Assembly (NCBI GenBank): GCA_965246945.1
Contig: CBDFFW010000001.1
Location: 1,645,639 to 1,709,638, forward strand
Length of the DNA: 64,000 bases
DNA from: Alphaproteobacteria bacterium
Lineage (GTDB): Bacteria > Pseudomonadota > Alphaproteobacteria > UBA11073
Reading direction: 5' to 3'
Shown here: positions 50,078 to 60,516 of the stretch, piece by piece
How the letters are laid out: each line of letters starts with the position of its first letter
Numbering within the stretch: the first letter of the stretch is position 1
Program-made: the position numbers and the translations under genes
The notes under the pieces: generated by a model
What the model saw: the letters and a program-made list of their open reading frames with translations, nothing else
What the model was told of the DNA's origin: nothing
Databases searched by the model: none

Positions 50078-51286
50078 ATGAACATACACGAATATCAGGG
50101 CAAATCTATTCTGCAGGAATACGGGATTGCCACCCCCACCGGTTATCCAGCGCTGACCGTGGATGAAGCGGTTGCGGCCGCCAAAAAACTTCCAGGTCCG
50201 ATCTATGTGGTGAAGTCGCAAATCCATGCGGGCGGCCGTGGCGCTGGGCATTTCGAAAATGATCCTGAGCGTAAAAATGGTGGCGGCGTGCGCGTGGTTA
50301 AGTCTATTGATGCTGTGAAAGCGGCAGCCGAACAAATGCTCGGTCAAACTTTAGTTACCAAGCAAACCGGTGAAACCGGCAAACAAGTGCAGCGCCTCTA
50401 TATTGAAGCTGGCTGCGACATTAAACGCGAACTTTATCTGTCGATGTTGATCGACCGTGATACCTCACGCGTCACCTTTATCGCCTCAACCGAAGGCGGC
50501 ATGGATATCGAAGAAGTGGCCGAGCATCACCCTGAAAAAATTATGTCGGTGAATGTGGATCCCGCAGCTGGCCTCAGCGGTTTTCATTGCCGGAAATTAG
50601 CCTTTGGTTTGAAGCTGGAAAGCGGCGAGCAGGTTAAATCCTTCACCAAATTCGTCACCGCACTTTACCGCATGTTTGTGGAAAAAGATGCCTCGATGCT
50701 GGAAATCAATCCATTGGTTGTGACCGGCAAAGGCGAAATTATCGCTTTAGACGCGAAAATGGAATTCGACAGCAACGCGCTGTACCGCCACCCCGAAGTA
50801 GTGGCGATGCGCGATGAATCCGAAGAAGATGCGATGGATTTGGAAGCATCGAAAAACGAACTGAACTATGTGCGTTTGGATGGCAATATCGGCTGCATGG
50901 TCAACGGCGCGGGCCTGGCGATGGCGACCATGGACATCATTAAACTATATGGCGCAGAACCGGCTAACTTCTTAGACGTTGGCGGCGGCGCGACCAAAGA
51001 ACGCGTGATTGCAGCGTTTAAACTGATTATGTCAGACAAAAACGTTAAAGGCATTTTGGTCAACATCTTTGGCGGCATCATGCGCTGCGATATCATCGCG
51101 GGCGGCATTATCGAAGCGGTAAAAGAAGTATCGCTGAACGTGCCATTGGTCGTGCGTTTGGAAGGCACCAACGTTGAACTCGGCAAAAAAATGCTGAATG
51201 AAAGCGGTCTGCCAATCGTTGCCGGTGATAACTTGGCCGACGCTGCCGAAAAAATCGTGCACGAAGTACAAAAACGCGCGGCATAA
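50078..51286 (+). CDS. sucC: Succinyl-CoA ligase (ADP-forming) beta subunit
   Basis: [10 protein letters not shown]-terminus, ATP-grasp, CoA-ligase domain. Confidence 0.95.
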   Translation: MNIHEYQGKSILQEYGIATPTGYPALTVDEAVAAAKKLPGPIYVVKSQIHAGGRGAGHFENDPERKNGGGVRVVKSIDAVKAAAEQMLGQTLVTKQTGETGKQVQRLYIEAGCDIKRELYLSMLIDRDTSRVTFIASTEGGMDIEEVAEHHPEKIMSVNVDPAAGLSGFHCRKLAFGLKLESGEQVKSFTKFVTALYRMFVEKDASMLEINPLVVTGKGEIIALDAKMEFDSNALYRHPEVVAMRDESEEDAMDLEASKNELNYVRLDGNIGCMVNGAGLAMATMDIIKLYGAEPANFLDVGGGATKERVIAAFKLIMSDKNVKGILVNIFGGIMRCDIIAGGIIEAVKEVSLNVPLVVRLEGTNVELGKKMLNESGLPIVAGDNLADAAEKIVHEVQKRAA

Positions 51287-51289
51287 ACC

Positions 51290-51327
51290 GTCATCCCGGC
51301 GCAGACGCTGCGCGCCGCGCCGGGATC
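51290..51327. repeat. GC-rich hairpin with GTCATCCCG/CGGGATCC ends in the sucC-sucD spacer
   Basis: GTCATCCCGGCGCAGACGCTGCGCGCCGCGCCGGGATCC forms nested palindromes. The ends match the family-B hairpins at 30415, 30521, 59260 and 59671. Confidence 0.45.
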
Positions 51328-51373
51328 CAATAATCAATAAGCGCGCCACAGGCGCACAATGAAGGATTAAAAA

Positions 51374-52264
51374 ATGGCTGTTCTCGTTAACGCACAAACC
51401 AAAGTGATCTGTCAGGGCTTTACTGGCGCGCAGGGCACGTTTCACTCTGAGCAGGCGATTGCTTACGGTACCAAAATGGTCGGCGGCGTGACCCCGGGCA
51501 AAGGCGGCACGCAGCATATCGGCCTGCCGGTGTTTGATACTGTCGCGGAAGCCCGCGCGCGCACCCAATGCGATGCGAGTGTGATCTACGTCCCTGCCCC
51601 GTTTGCGGCGGATGCGATTTTGGAAGCAATTGATGCTGAAGTGCCATTGGTCGTTTGCATCACTGAAGGCATTCCCGTGTTAGACATGGTAAAAGTAAAG
51701 AAAGCTTTGGCAGGCAGCAAGACCCGTTTAATTGGTCCGAATTGCCCAGGTGTGATTACCCCTGGCGAATGTAAAATCGGGATTATGCCTGGCCATATCC
51801 ATATGCGCGGTAAAATTGGCATCGTTTCGCGCTCTGGCACCCTCACTTACGAAGCAGTGGCGCAAACCACTGCCGCTGGTCTTGGCCAAACCACTTGTAT
51901 CGGTATCGGCGGTGATCCAGTGAACGGCACCAACTTCGTGGATGCGTTGGAAATGTTTTTGGCGGATGAAGAGACCCAAGGTATCATCATGATCGGTGAA
52001 ATTGGCGGTTCGGCAGAAGAAGATGGCGCGGCGTTTTACAAAGCCAGCAAAATCAAAAAACCCATTGTTGGTTTCATCGCCGGGGTTACTGCCCCACCGG
52101 GCCGCCGCATGGGCCATGCGGGCGCGATCATCGCGGGCGGTAAAGGCGGCGCGGGCGACAAAATGGATGCGATGCGCGCGGCCGGTTTTGCCGTTTCGCC
52201 ATCACCTGCTGCACTTGGCCAAACGATGTTAGATTTGATGCAAGGCAAAAAAATCGCTGCATAA
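51374..52264 (+). CDS. sucD: Succinyl-CoA ligase alpha subunit
   Basis: Phospho-His loop region SRSGTLTYE and CoA-binding Rossmann N-terminus. Confidence 0.95.
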   Translation: MAVLVNAQTKVICQGFTGAQGTFHSEQAIAYGTKMVGGVTPGKGGTQHIGLPVFDTVAEARARTQCDASVIYVPAPFAADAILEAIDAEVPLVVCITEGIPVLDMVKVKKALAGSKTRLIGPNCPGVITPGECKIGIMPGHIHMRGKIGIVSRSGTLTYEAVAQTTAAGLGQTTCIGIGGDPVNGTNFVDALEMFLADEETQGIIMIGEIGGSAEEDGAAFYKASKIKKPIVGFIAGVTAPPGRRMGHAGAIIAGGKGGAGDKMDAMRAAGFAVSPSPAALGQTMLDLMQGKKIAA

Positions 52265-52272
52265 TATTCAGC

Positions 52273-53502
52273 ATGTTTAAAATCATCACCCTGGCAATAG
52301 TAACCCTGTTGCCAGGGTTTGTTTTTGCGGCGGATAATCCAGCCAGTGATACCTGTTCTGAGCTGCAGCACAACATTCAATTACTCGATGATATTGGTAA
52401 GTTACGGCCTAAACAAACGAATAAAGCGGCGATCAATGCCAACAATGATATAACCGATTATATCGGCCAATCCCGTAGCACCTTAACTGCAGCGCTTGAT
52501 GCGGCGCAAAATTGCGAAGATGCCAATCGCGTGGAACGGGCGTTGCAGCATTTAAGCTGGGCGGCTTATTGGCTACATTATGATACGCATGTGCCAAGTG
52601 ACGCGCAAACCATGTTGCGCGCGACCACTGATTATTTGGCCGTGGCCAAGGAAATTATCCAGCATCAACCCGAAGTGTTAACACCCGCATTTTATCACAG
52701 TGATTTCCGACAAAATTTGGATACGGTTTATAAATACCGCACCATTGCATTGCAGGCGCTTGGCCAACCAACGGCAGTGACTGCAATTTTGGCGGAACAG
52801 GCGCAAATGGGCTTTTGTGCCGCCCAATGGCGTTTGGCCGAAAATTATACGCGTGCGCAGCAAAATCAACTGGCAGCGCAAACCTATCAAACCATGCTGC
52901 ATAATCCGGCCTGCCGCAGCAGTGACAGCACCAATCATGATTTTGCCATGCCTGGTTTGCGGCTGGTTTATTTATATGAAAAGATGGGACAGCCGGAAAA
53001 CAGCGCAGCGGCTTTGCAAAAACAATTTGCCATTAATCAGGCCATGACCAAACAGATCGGTTGCGGGAGCGCGGCACCGCCTGGTGAGTTCGAAACCATT
53101 TACCGCTTAGCGGCAATACAAGCAAAAAATAAACCTGAACAGGCGTTTGAGCTTAGCCAATATGGTTTGGCGCGCGCTACTGTCAGCAGTGAATTTGCCG
53201 ATAGCAAACGACAAGCTGTAGATGAAGTGGCGCAACCTTCATGGCAAAAACTGAAAAATATATGGTCTCGCTGGACCCATAAAGCCGAACCTGGCGCTGG
53301 TTATGCGCATGAATATTTGCCAAAGCTGAATAAGCTAAAACAAAATTTAGCCGCCAAATTGCCGCTTGAAACACAAACCCGTTTAACTATACAAGCCACT
53401 GTGAAAGCGTTAAATAGTTGTGCAGATGGTTTAACCGATCCGCAATGGCTGCAGCAATACGATCCGGATTATCAGCCTTTTATTCCAGTTCCAGAAGAAT
53501 GA
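52273..53502 (+). CDS. Secreted hypothetical protein, probably helical-repeat
   Basis: Signal peptide MFKIITLAIVTLLPGFVFA. 409 aa, Ala/Gln-rich helical segments. No catalytic motif recognised. Confidence 0.45.
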   Translation: MFKIITLAIVTLLPGFVFAADNPASDTCSELQHNIQLLDDIGKLRPKQTNKAAINANNDITDYIGQSRSTLTAALDAAQNCEDANRVERALQHLSWAAYWLHYDTHVPSDAQTMLRATTDYLAVAKEIIQHQPEVLTPAFYHSDFRQNLDTVYKYRTIALQALGQPTAVTAILAEQAQMGFCAAQWRLAENYTRAQQNQLAAQTYQTMLHNPACRSSDSTNHDFAMPGLRLVYLYEKMGQPENSAAALQKQFAINQAMTKQIGCGSAAPPGEFETIYRLAAIQAKNKPEQAFELSQYGLARATVSSEFADSKRQAVDEVAQPSWQKLKNIWSRWTHKAEPGAGYAHEYLPKLNKLKQNLAAKLPLETQTRLTIQATVKALNSCADGLTDPQWLQQYDPDYQPFIPVPEE

Positions 53503-54536
53503 TCAAGCTGAGTATTCAGCCAACTTAAAGCTTTTTCCCTGGCCCCGATGCCTAATAATTGCGTGGTGTGTTGGCGCACCAAGGCCAGTAGCCAAGGTTG
53601 CTGCTGCAATGTTAAACGCCAGCTTTTATCTCTCAGCAGGTTACGGCGATAACCGTGATTAAACAGCCAATGTTGTTGCCAGATAGCCCAGGTTTCCGGC
53701 GGTAATTCCGGCAATGCGGTTTGCCAAGCCTGCAACAAACCGGCGATACAGTGCGCCAGTTGCTGGTCGGTTTGGGTCTGGCCCCAAAATGGGATTTTTA
53801 ATTTTTGCGGTGGGCTGGTTTGCGGTTCCGCAATCCGGCGTGGCAGGGTAACAGTTTTGCTGTTTATATTTTCTGAATGTTTAGCGTTAATCAAATCAAT
53901 ATTAGGCGTCCCTACCACTGGCCGCATTGGGGCAAAGGGTAGCAAATGTTCCTGCAAAGCCGCGTGCATGGCCACACCCGCATGCTGGCTGCGGCGCGAT
54001 TTGATATTGGGCATCACCAAGGCTGACGCCACATCCGCCGCCGTAAACCCAAAATCATGCGCCGCCGCTGGCAAGGCATGATCATAAGGATGCGCCAGTG
54101 CTTTCATTTGCGGCTCCCCCTCCATAATCCGCCAGCTGGCCAAATGGAGCGAGCGCCAGCCGATATAATCGGCCAATTCCGGTTGATAATGCAGGCTGGT
54201 GGGACGGCTGTAATGCGCCAGGCTGAGTTGGTTCAGGCGGGAAAAACTATCAATTTCATCCGTTGGCGCACACAGCAAATGCAGCACCGCCTGGTTTTCG
54301 ATCCAGCTGGGCCAATGCAAAATAATTCGCAGCAACCGCTGATCAACCCGCGTAATGCGCGCCAGCGAATGGATTTGCGTGGAGGTAATAATAGCCAGCG
54401 GCGCGCCATCTGGTTTAACCGCCAATAAGACCCCGCGCAAAGTGCCGGTGCCTGCCATGGCTAATTCATATTCCAAACTTTCCCGCTGGGCGAAAGTGAA
54501 ACTTTCTGAAACAGCGAGATGGGTGGGCTTAGGCAC
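53472..54536 (-). CDS. Hypothetical protein; its 3' end overlaps the convergent gene by ~31 nt
   Basis: Uninterrupted 354-aa frame. No motif recognised. Divergent from guaB. Confidence 0.45.
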   Translation of the reverse strand: MPKPTHLAVSESFTFAQRESLEYELAMAGTGTLRGVLLAVKPDGAPLAIITSTQIHSLARITRVDQRLLRIILHWPSWIENQAVLHLLCAPTDEIDSFSRLNQLSLAHYSRPTSLHYQPELADYIGWRSLHLASWRIMEGEPQMKALAHPYDHALPAAAHDFGFTAADVASALVMPNIKSRRSQHAGVAMHAALQEHLLPFAPMRPVVGTPNIDLINAKHSENINSKTVTLPRRIAEPQTSPPQKLKIPFWGQTQTDQQLAHCIAGLLQAWQTALPELPPETWAIWQQHWLFNHGYRRNLLRDKSWRLTLQQQPWLLALVRQHTTQLLGIGAREKALSWLNTQLDHSSGTGIKG

Positions 54537-54553
54537 TTTATTAACCTAATTGA

Positions 54554-56083
<1,530 letters not shown>

Positions 56084-56124
56084 ATTTGCAATTATTTGCC
56101 TTAAGTCAATTACATCTTTAATTT

Positions 56125-57060
56125 TTGCGGATGGATAAGGCAGATTTATTATTAACCGATACGACATTGTACCAAAATACCAATACTGCTGTTCGCCACA
56201 TGCTGGCCAAATTATTGGCAGCTGGTTACGCCGCCGCTGCTAGTGATGAAATTGTGATTAAAGATTATGGCTGCGGCCAAGGTAATTTAGGAAAATTAAT
56301 TGTTGATACATTAAAAGATGCGGGTAAACCCATTCGGTACATGGCTTATGATGCAGAATTGATTTTGTTACATAATACCGCCGAATTATGGACAGGACAT
56401 TCTGATATTCATACTTCATTTGAAAAGGCTGATATTTTTGACCGGTATTTTTTGATGGGACAAGCCAGCGACCCAGCCGATATTATTATTGCTTCGCACG
56501 TATTATATAATTCTGGTAAAGAATTTGCGGCTTTTATCAAAGCTTGTTTGAACGGTTTAAAGCCAAATGGCTTAACGCTATTTATTAATGATAATGTCGA
56601 AGCAGAAATTCAGATGCTTAGAAGAAAATATGGAATAGGTGGCATTCCATCGGCAATCACGCCGTTGGAAAACGTATTTTACCAAAATGGCATTCAATAT
56701 TTTTACGCCGATATTGCCAATGCCAATGAACCATTTGTGATTGATCAAAATAGGTATGTTGCGTGTGCTTCAACAACGCAAAAAGATGCTCCTGCGAATA
56801 CACAAACAGCAGCAATTGTGCAAGAAGTGGTGGATATGATCGCAGCCGGAGAAGTTTCATGCTTGGCTTTGCCTGAACTGATAGAGTTATTTTGTAAAAT
56901 ATATGGTGCCGCGCCGCAACCTGTGCAGCACCGTATTCATCTGGCATTACCGCCTTTGGGCCACCGGAATTTTGCCATGCTTAAAGTGCTGGAAACTGCT
57001 TTTAATTTTGATCACATTCCCGCTGAAAATTTAGGCGTAGCGCCGCCTACACCGCTTTAA
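56125..57060 (+). CDS. Class I SAM-dependent methyltransferase-like protein, substrate unknown
   Basis: Motif I VIKDYGCGQGNLG, an acidic residue after beta2 (YDAE), motif II-like IIIASHVLY. AT-richer than neighbours. Its 3' end overlaps cheR convergently. Confidence 0.5.
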   Translation: MRMDKADLLLTDTTLYQNTNTAVRHMLAKLLAAGYAAAASDEIVIKDYGCGQGNLGKLIVDTLKDAGKPIRYMAYDAELILLHNTAELWTGHSDIHTSFEKADIFDRYFLMGQASDPADIIIASHVLYNSGKEFAAFIKACLNGLKPNGLTLFINDNVEAEIQMLRRKYGIGGIPSAITPLENVFYQNGIQYFYADIANANEPFVIDQNRYVACASTTQKDAPANTQTAAIVQEVVDMIAAGEVSCLALPELIELFCKIYGAAPQPVQHRIHLALPPLGHRNFAMLKVLETAFNFDHIPAENLGVAPPTPL

Positions 57061-57889
57061 ACATCGTAGCGGGTTCTTCGGGTTCCAGCGCATAAATACC
57101 GCGTTGGTTTTCGGCCGGTTTAAAGCGCGTGCCCAGACCCAATACAGTTTCGGCCGCGCCTAAAAATGAGTAACCATGCGGTGCCAGTTGCCGCGCCAGG
57201 CCGTGCAAAACACGGCTTTTGGTGGGTTGATCAAAACTGCTTAAAACATTGCGGCAGAAGATGACATCGAAATTACCTAAGCCAGAAAAATCTTCCAATA
57301 AATTAAGCGGGCGGTATTGCACCATTTGCCGAATATTTTCATTCAACTGCCATTGATCGCCTTGTTGCGTAAAATATTTCAGCAGCAGATGGATAGATAA
57401 ACTGCGCTGCACTTCAAATTGGCTATAAATGCCTTGCTTGGCCCGCTCAATCATCTCGCGGGAAAAATCTGTGCCGATTAGTTCAATTTCCCAACCGGTC
57501 AGATCGGCCGCTGCTGCTTGCAACAGCATCGCCAGTGAATAGGCTTCCTGGCCACTGGCTGTACCAGCCGACCAGATGCGCAAACGTTTTTTGCTGGCAT
57601 GCACTTGCAATAATTTGGGTAAGACAAATTGGCGGAATTGTTCAAATGGTTTGGTATCGCGGAAAAATGCCGTGTCGCCCACCACCATGGTTTCAACCAC
57701 ATCGTCTTTTAATTTGCTGTCCCCTTGGCCGCGTAAGCGCTGGCAAATATCTGCCAACCCATTTAAATCGTGGCGGCGCGCCACGGGCATTAACCGTGCT
57801 TCCAACAAATACAGTTTGTCTTCCGTAATCATTAAACCGGAATGCTGTTTAAGCAAACTGGCCAAGAATTGAAAATCATCGCTACGCAT
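57047..57889 (-). CDS. cheR: Chemotaxis protein methyltransferase CheR
   Basis: CheR N-terminal helical domain plus SAM-MTase core (RIWSAGTASGQEAYSLAML). Confidence 0.9.
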   Translation of the reverse strand: MRSDDFQFLASLLKQHSGLMITEDKLYLLEARLMPVARRHDLNGLADICQRLRGQGDSKLKDDVVETMVVGDTAFFRDTKPFEQFRQFVLPKLLQVHASKKRLRIWSAGTASGQEAYSLAMLLQAAAADLTGWEIELIGTDFSREMIERAKQGIYSQFEVQRSLSIHLLLKYFTQQGDQWQLNENIRQMVQYRPLNLLEDFSGLGNFDVIFCRNVLSSFDQPTKSRVLHGLARQLAPHGYSFLGAAETVLGLGTRFKPAENQRGIYALEPEEPATMFKAV

Positions 57890-57918
57890 GGTTATTCGCT
57901 GTTTCTACATATTATGAT

Positions 57919-58293
57919 TTAATCGATTTGCAGCAAGCCAGTTTGCACAAATTTATTTTTGATCATTTCCGCATCAAACGGTTTCATAATATATTCATTG
58001 GCCCCCTGGGCGACCGCTTGTTGGATATTTTTCATGGCAATATTGGCAGTGCAAAAAATGACCACCGGCGTTGTGCCTTGCGGTAAAACACGCAATGCTT
58101 GCAGAAATTGCAGGCCATCCATGATAGGCATATACCAATCCAGTAAAATAACTGCGGGTAATTTTTGCTGGCAATAAACCAGCGCTTGCTGGCCATTTTC
58201 AGCTTCCTCGCAATGAAAACCCAGTTCTTCAATCATGCGGCGGGCCAGTTTGCGCACCACGCGGCTATCATCAACAATTAAACAAGTGGCCAT
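57919..58293 (-). CDS. cheY: Single-domain response regulator, CheY-like
   Basis: Receiver residues: DD in LIVDDS, phospho-Asp in LLDWYMP, T/S and K in KPF. Start chosen at MATCLIVDD. Confidence 0.85.
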   Translation of the reverse strand: MATCLIVDDSRVVRKLARRMIEELGFHCEEAENGQQALVYCQQKLPAVILLDWYMPIMDGLQFLQALRVLPQGTTPVVIFCTANIAMKNIQQAVAQGANEYIMKPFDAEMIKNKFVQTGLLQID

Positions 58294-58392
58294 GGCTTGC
58301 CTTTCACGCTGCAGACGGCAGCGACGCAAATTGTAAGTTACGAGTATACAAAATAATCAGCAACCGGTGTTTTAACGAAAGCGCATAGAACA

Positions 58393-59259
58393 GTGGCAAC
58401 CAAGTGCAAAGCTACCCATATTGTGCTTATGGTGAATCGCACAGATGTGCTGGCATATTTGCAGCAATGGCATAATCAGCCCGATGAGGCATTGCCATTG
58501 GCAGAAATTGCGCTGCAGCTTGGTTTGCTGGATGTGCCGGATGGTAATCTCGCCCAATATAAAACGCAGTTGGTGCAGTTACAAAATGATACTCGGCAAG
58601 CGTTTAGCGATGATGGGCATATACCTGCACAAGCTGATGCCTTGCGCCAGGCCATTGTGGGCCGGCATCATTTTACCGGCGATAACGATACCTATGATGA
58701 TTTGCAAAATGCGAATTTGATGCGGGTTCTGGACCGGCGGCGCGGTCTGCCGATTACGCTCGGCATTGTGTATTTGGAAACCGCCCGCGCCTTGGGTTGG
58801 GAAGCAGATGGTTTAAACTTCCCGGGACATTTTCTGGTGCGGCTGACGGGTGAACGTGAACGCGTGATTATTGATCCCTTTCATGGCGGCCAGGAAATGG
58901 ATGCAGTGCGGCTGCGGCAAATGTTGAAAGCCGCCGCCGGTATGGCCGCCGAATTAACGCCGGATCATTATCTGCCCATGGGCAACCGGCAAGTGCTGCT
59001 GCGCCTGCAAAATAATATCAAATTGCGGCAGGTACAAAGTGGGCGGCTGCGGGAAGCTTTAAGCACTGTCGGCGTGATGCAGGCTCTGGCCCCCAATGAA
59101 GCAACCTTGTGGCGCGAAATGGGATTATTATATGCCGCGCTCGGTGAATTAAATGACGCGGTGAAAAATATTCAAACTTTTTATGAAAATTCCGTTGATG
59201 CCCGCAGCAAACAACAAGCACAAATGCTGCTGCAGGAATTGAAAGCCCGTTTAAATTAA
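58393..59259 (+). CDS. SirB1/UPF0162-family transglutaminase-like protein with C-terminal TPR-like helices
   Basis: LGIVYLETARALGWEADGLNFPGHFLVRL resembles the transglutaminase-like core of YchA/SirB1. C-terminal helical repeats. Confidence 0.6.
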   Translation: MATKCKATHIVLMVNRTDVLAYLQQWHNQPDEALPLAEIALQLGLLDVPDGNLAQYKTQLVQLQNDTRQAFSDDGHIPAQADALRQAIVGRHHFTGDNDTYDDLQNANLMRVLDRRRGLPITLGIVYLETARALGWEADGLNFPGHFLVRLTGERERVIIDPFHGGQEMDAVRLRQMLKAAAGMAAELTPDHYLPMGNRQVLLRLQNNIKLRQVQSGRLREALSTVGVMQALAPNEATLWREMGLLYAALGELNDAVKNIQTFYENSVDARSKQQAQMLLQELKARLN

Positions 59260-59700
59260 CTGTCATTCCCGCGCATGCGGGAATCTAGGATCAAAAATGC
59301 CGTTGTGCACAGCACAACGCCTAAATATAATCACTATATGCCTAAAGGCGGCTTTCTTTATATTTTAGCCAGTGGCCGCAACGGCACTTTATACATTGGC
59401 GTTATTAGCAACTTGCCACGCCGCTTGTATGAACATCAGAATGGTTTAATCAAAGGTTTTGCCTGGCGGCATGGCGTTGGGAAACTTGTTTATTACGAAG
59501 AATACAGCACCATTTGAAGCCACTGCCCGCGAAAAAGCGATGAAGAAATGGTATCGTTTATGGAAATTAAATACGATTGAAGCATTTAACCCAGAATGGC
59601 AGGATTTATCAGAATTACTGAATATGTAATTGTTTTTGCCATTGCGCTAACGCGTAATGTCTTCAGTATTCCTAGATTCCCGCATACGCGGGAATGACGA
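59260..59700. mobile_element. Small cassette: 30-bp hairpin terminal inverted repeats (family B) bracketing a frameshifted GIY-YIG gene
   Basis: Left end CTGTCATTCCCGCGCATGCGGGAATCTAGG. Right end CCTAGATTCCCGCATACGCGGGAATGACGA. The ends are inverted complements and each is itself a hairpin. The cassette abuts the fliL stop and the upstream gene's stop within 1-2 nt. Confidence 0.5.
59338..59629 (+). pseudogene. GIY-YIG nuclease family gene interrupted by a +1/-1 frameshift near 59515
   Basis: Frame A: MPKGGFLYILASGRNGTLYIGVISNLPRRLYEHQNG...YYEEYSTI then a stop. The next frame continues FEATAREKAMKKWYRLWKLNTIEAFNPEWQDLSELLNM, the conserved C-terminal half. The break is next to a short homopolymer (CCATTT). 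Confidence 0.6.
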
Positions 59701-59702
59701 GA

Positions 59703-60431
59703 TTACTGAATCAAAAATTCGCGGAACAGCACATCTTTCACTTCGATCGGTTCCACCGCTGGACGGATGCGGGCGAGGAGTTCTTGGCGCAGGCGGTAAA
59801 TGCCGGCCGAGCCTTTGAGATCTTCCACGCGCAATTCGCGCAAATAGGTTTGGAACTGATCCATAATCCGCGGCAATAAACCTTCCAAGGTTTTCTTGTC
59901 CTCGGCACTATCGATTTCCAGGGTGATGCCCAATTTTAGCAACGTCGCTTTGCGGCCCTGGCGGGTATCTAGGTTAACTAAAATATCCTGCATATCGAAA
60001 TAAACGGGGCCGGTGGCTTCGCCTTCTTTACTATCCTTGCCCTCTTTGCCGCCTTCTTTTTTATCTGCTTTGGCATCTTTGCCATGCTCGGCGGATTTGG
60101 CTTTATCGGCTTTATCGGTTTTTTCTTTTTTGGCGTCTTTCTTATCGGCTTTATCGTGTTTTTCGTCGGCGGGTTTATCGCCATCTGCGCTTGCTTCATC
60201 TTGTTTGGCATCTTTGCTGCCGCCCAAAATACCGGCAGCGAATAATCCGCCGACAATGCCGCCAATCAACAATATGGGAACAACAATCATTAAAATGAGT
60301 TTGATCGGCGGGCCTTTTTTCTTCGGCGCTGTTTCGGCCCCTTCCACCACTACGGCTTCGCCGCCTTCAACGGCGGGCACTTCCGGCGCTGCATGGCCTT
60401 TGTCTTTTTTCTTGTCCTTTTTATCGGCCAT
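59703..60431 (-). CDS. fliL: Flagellar basal-body-associated protein FliL with a long Lys/Asp/Ala-rich low-complexity insert
   Basis: N-terminal TM helix ILMIVVPILLIGGIVGGLFAAGIL. C-terminal FliL domain (YFDMQDILVNLD...ATLLKLGITLEIDS...LPRIMDQF...IEVKDVLFREFLIQ). Neighbours cheY and cheR. Confidence 0.7.
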   Translation of the reverse strand: MADKKDKKKDKGHAAPEVPAVEGGEAVVVEGAETAPKKKGPPIKLILMIVVPILLIGGIVGGLFAAGILGGSKDAKQDEASADGDKPADEKHDKADKKDAKKEKTDKADKAKSAEHGKDAKADKKEGGKEGKDSKEGEATGPVYFDMQDILVNLDTRQGRKATLLKLGITLEIDSAEDKKTLEGLLPRIMDQFQTYLRELRVEDLKGSAGIYRLRQELLARIRPAVEPIEVKDVLFREFLIQ

Positions 60432-60516
60432 TTGATTCTCGCAGCAGCTAGTTTAACAGTTTATCTGGTAATGGCGAGTACCTAACCAAACACTTGGAAG
60501 GATCAGGTTGCTGTTA

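Noticed and set aside
50866-52380. Several minus-strand ORFs (154, 178, 129 and 114 aa) over sucC and sucD
   Set aside because: They are antisense within highly conserved TCA-cycle genes, Ala/Arg/Gly-rich spurious frames.
60013-60435. 140-aa Ser/Ala/Leu-rich plus-strand ORF
   Set aside because: It is antisense to the low-complexity Lys/Asp-rich insert of fliL, a composition artefact.
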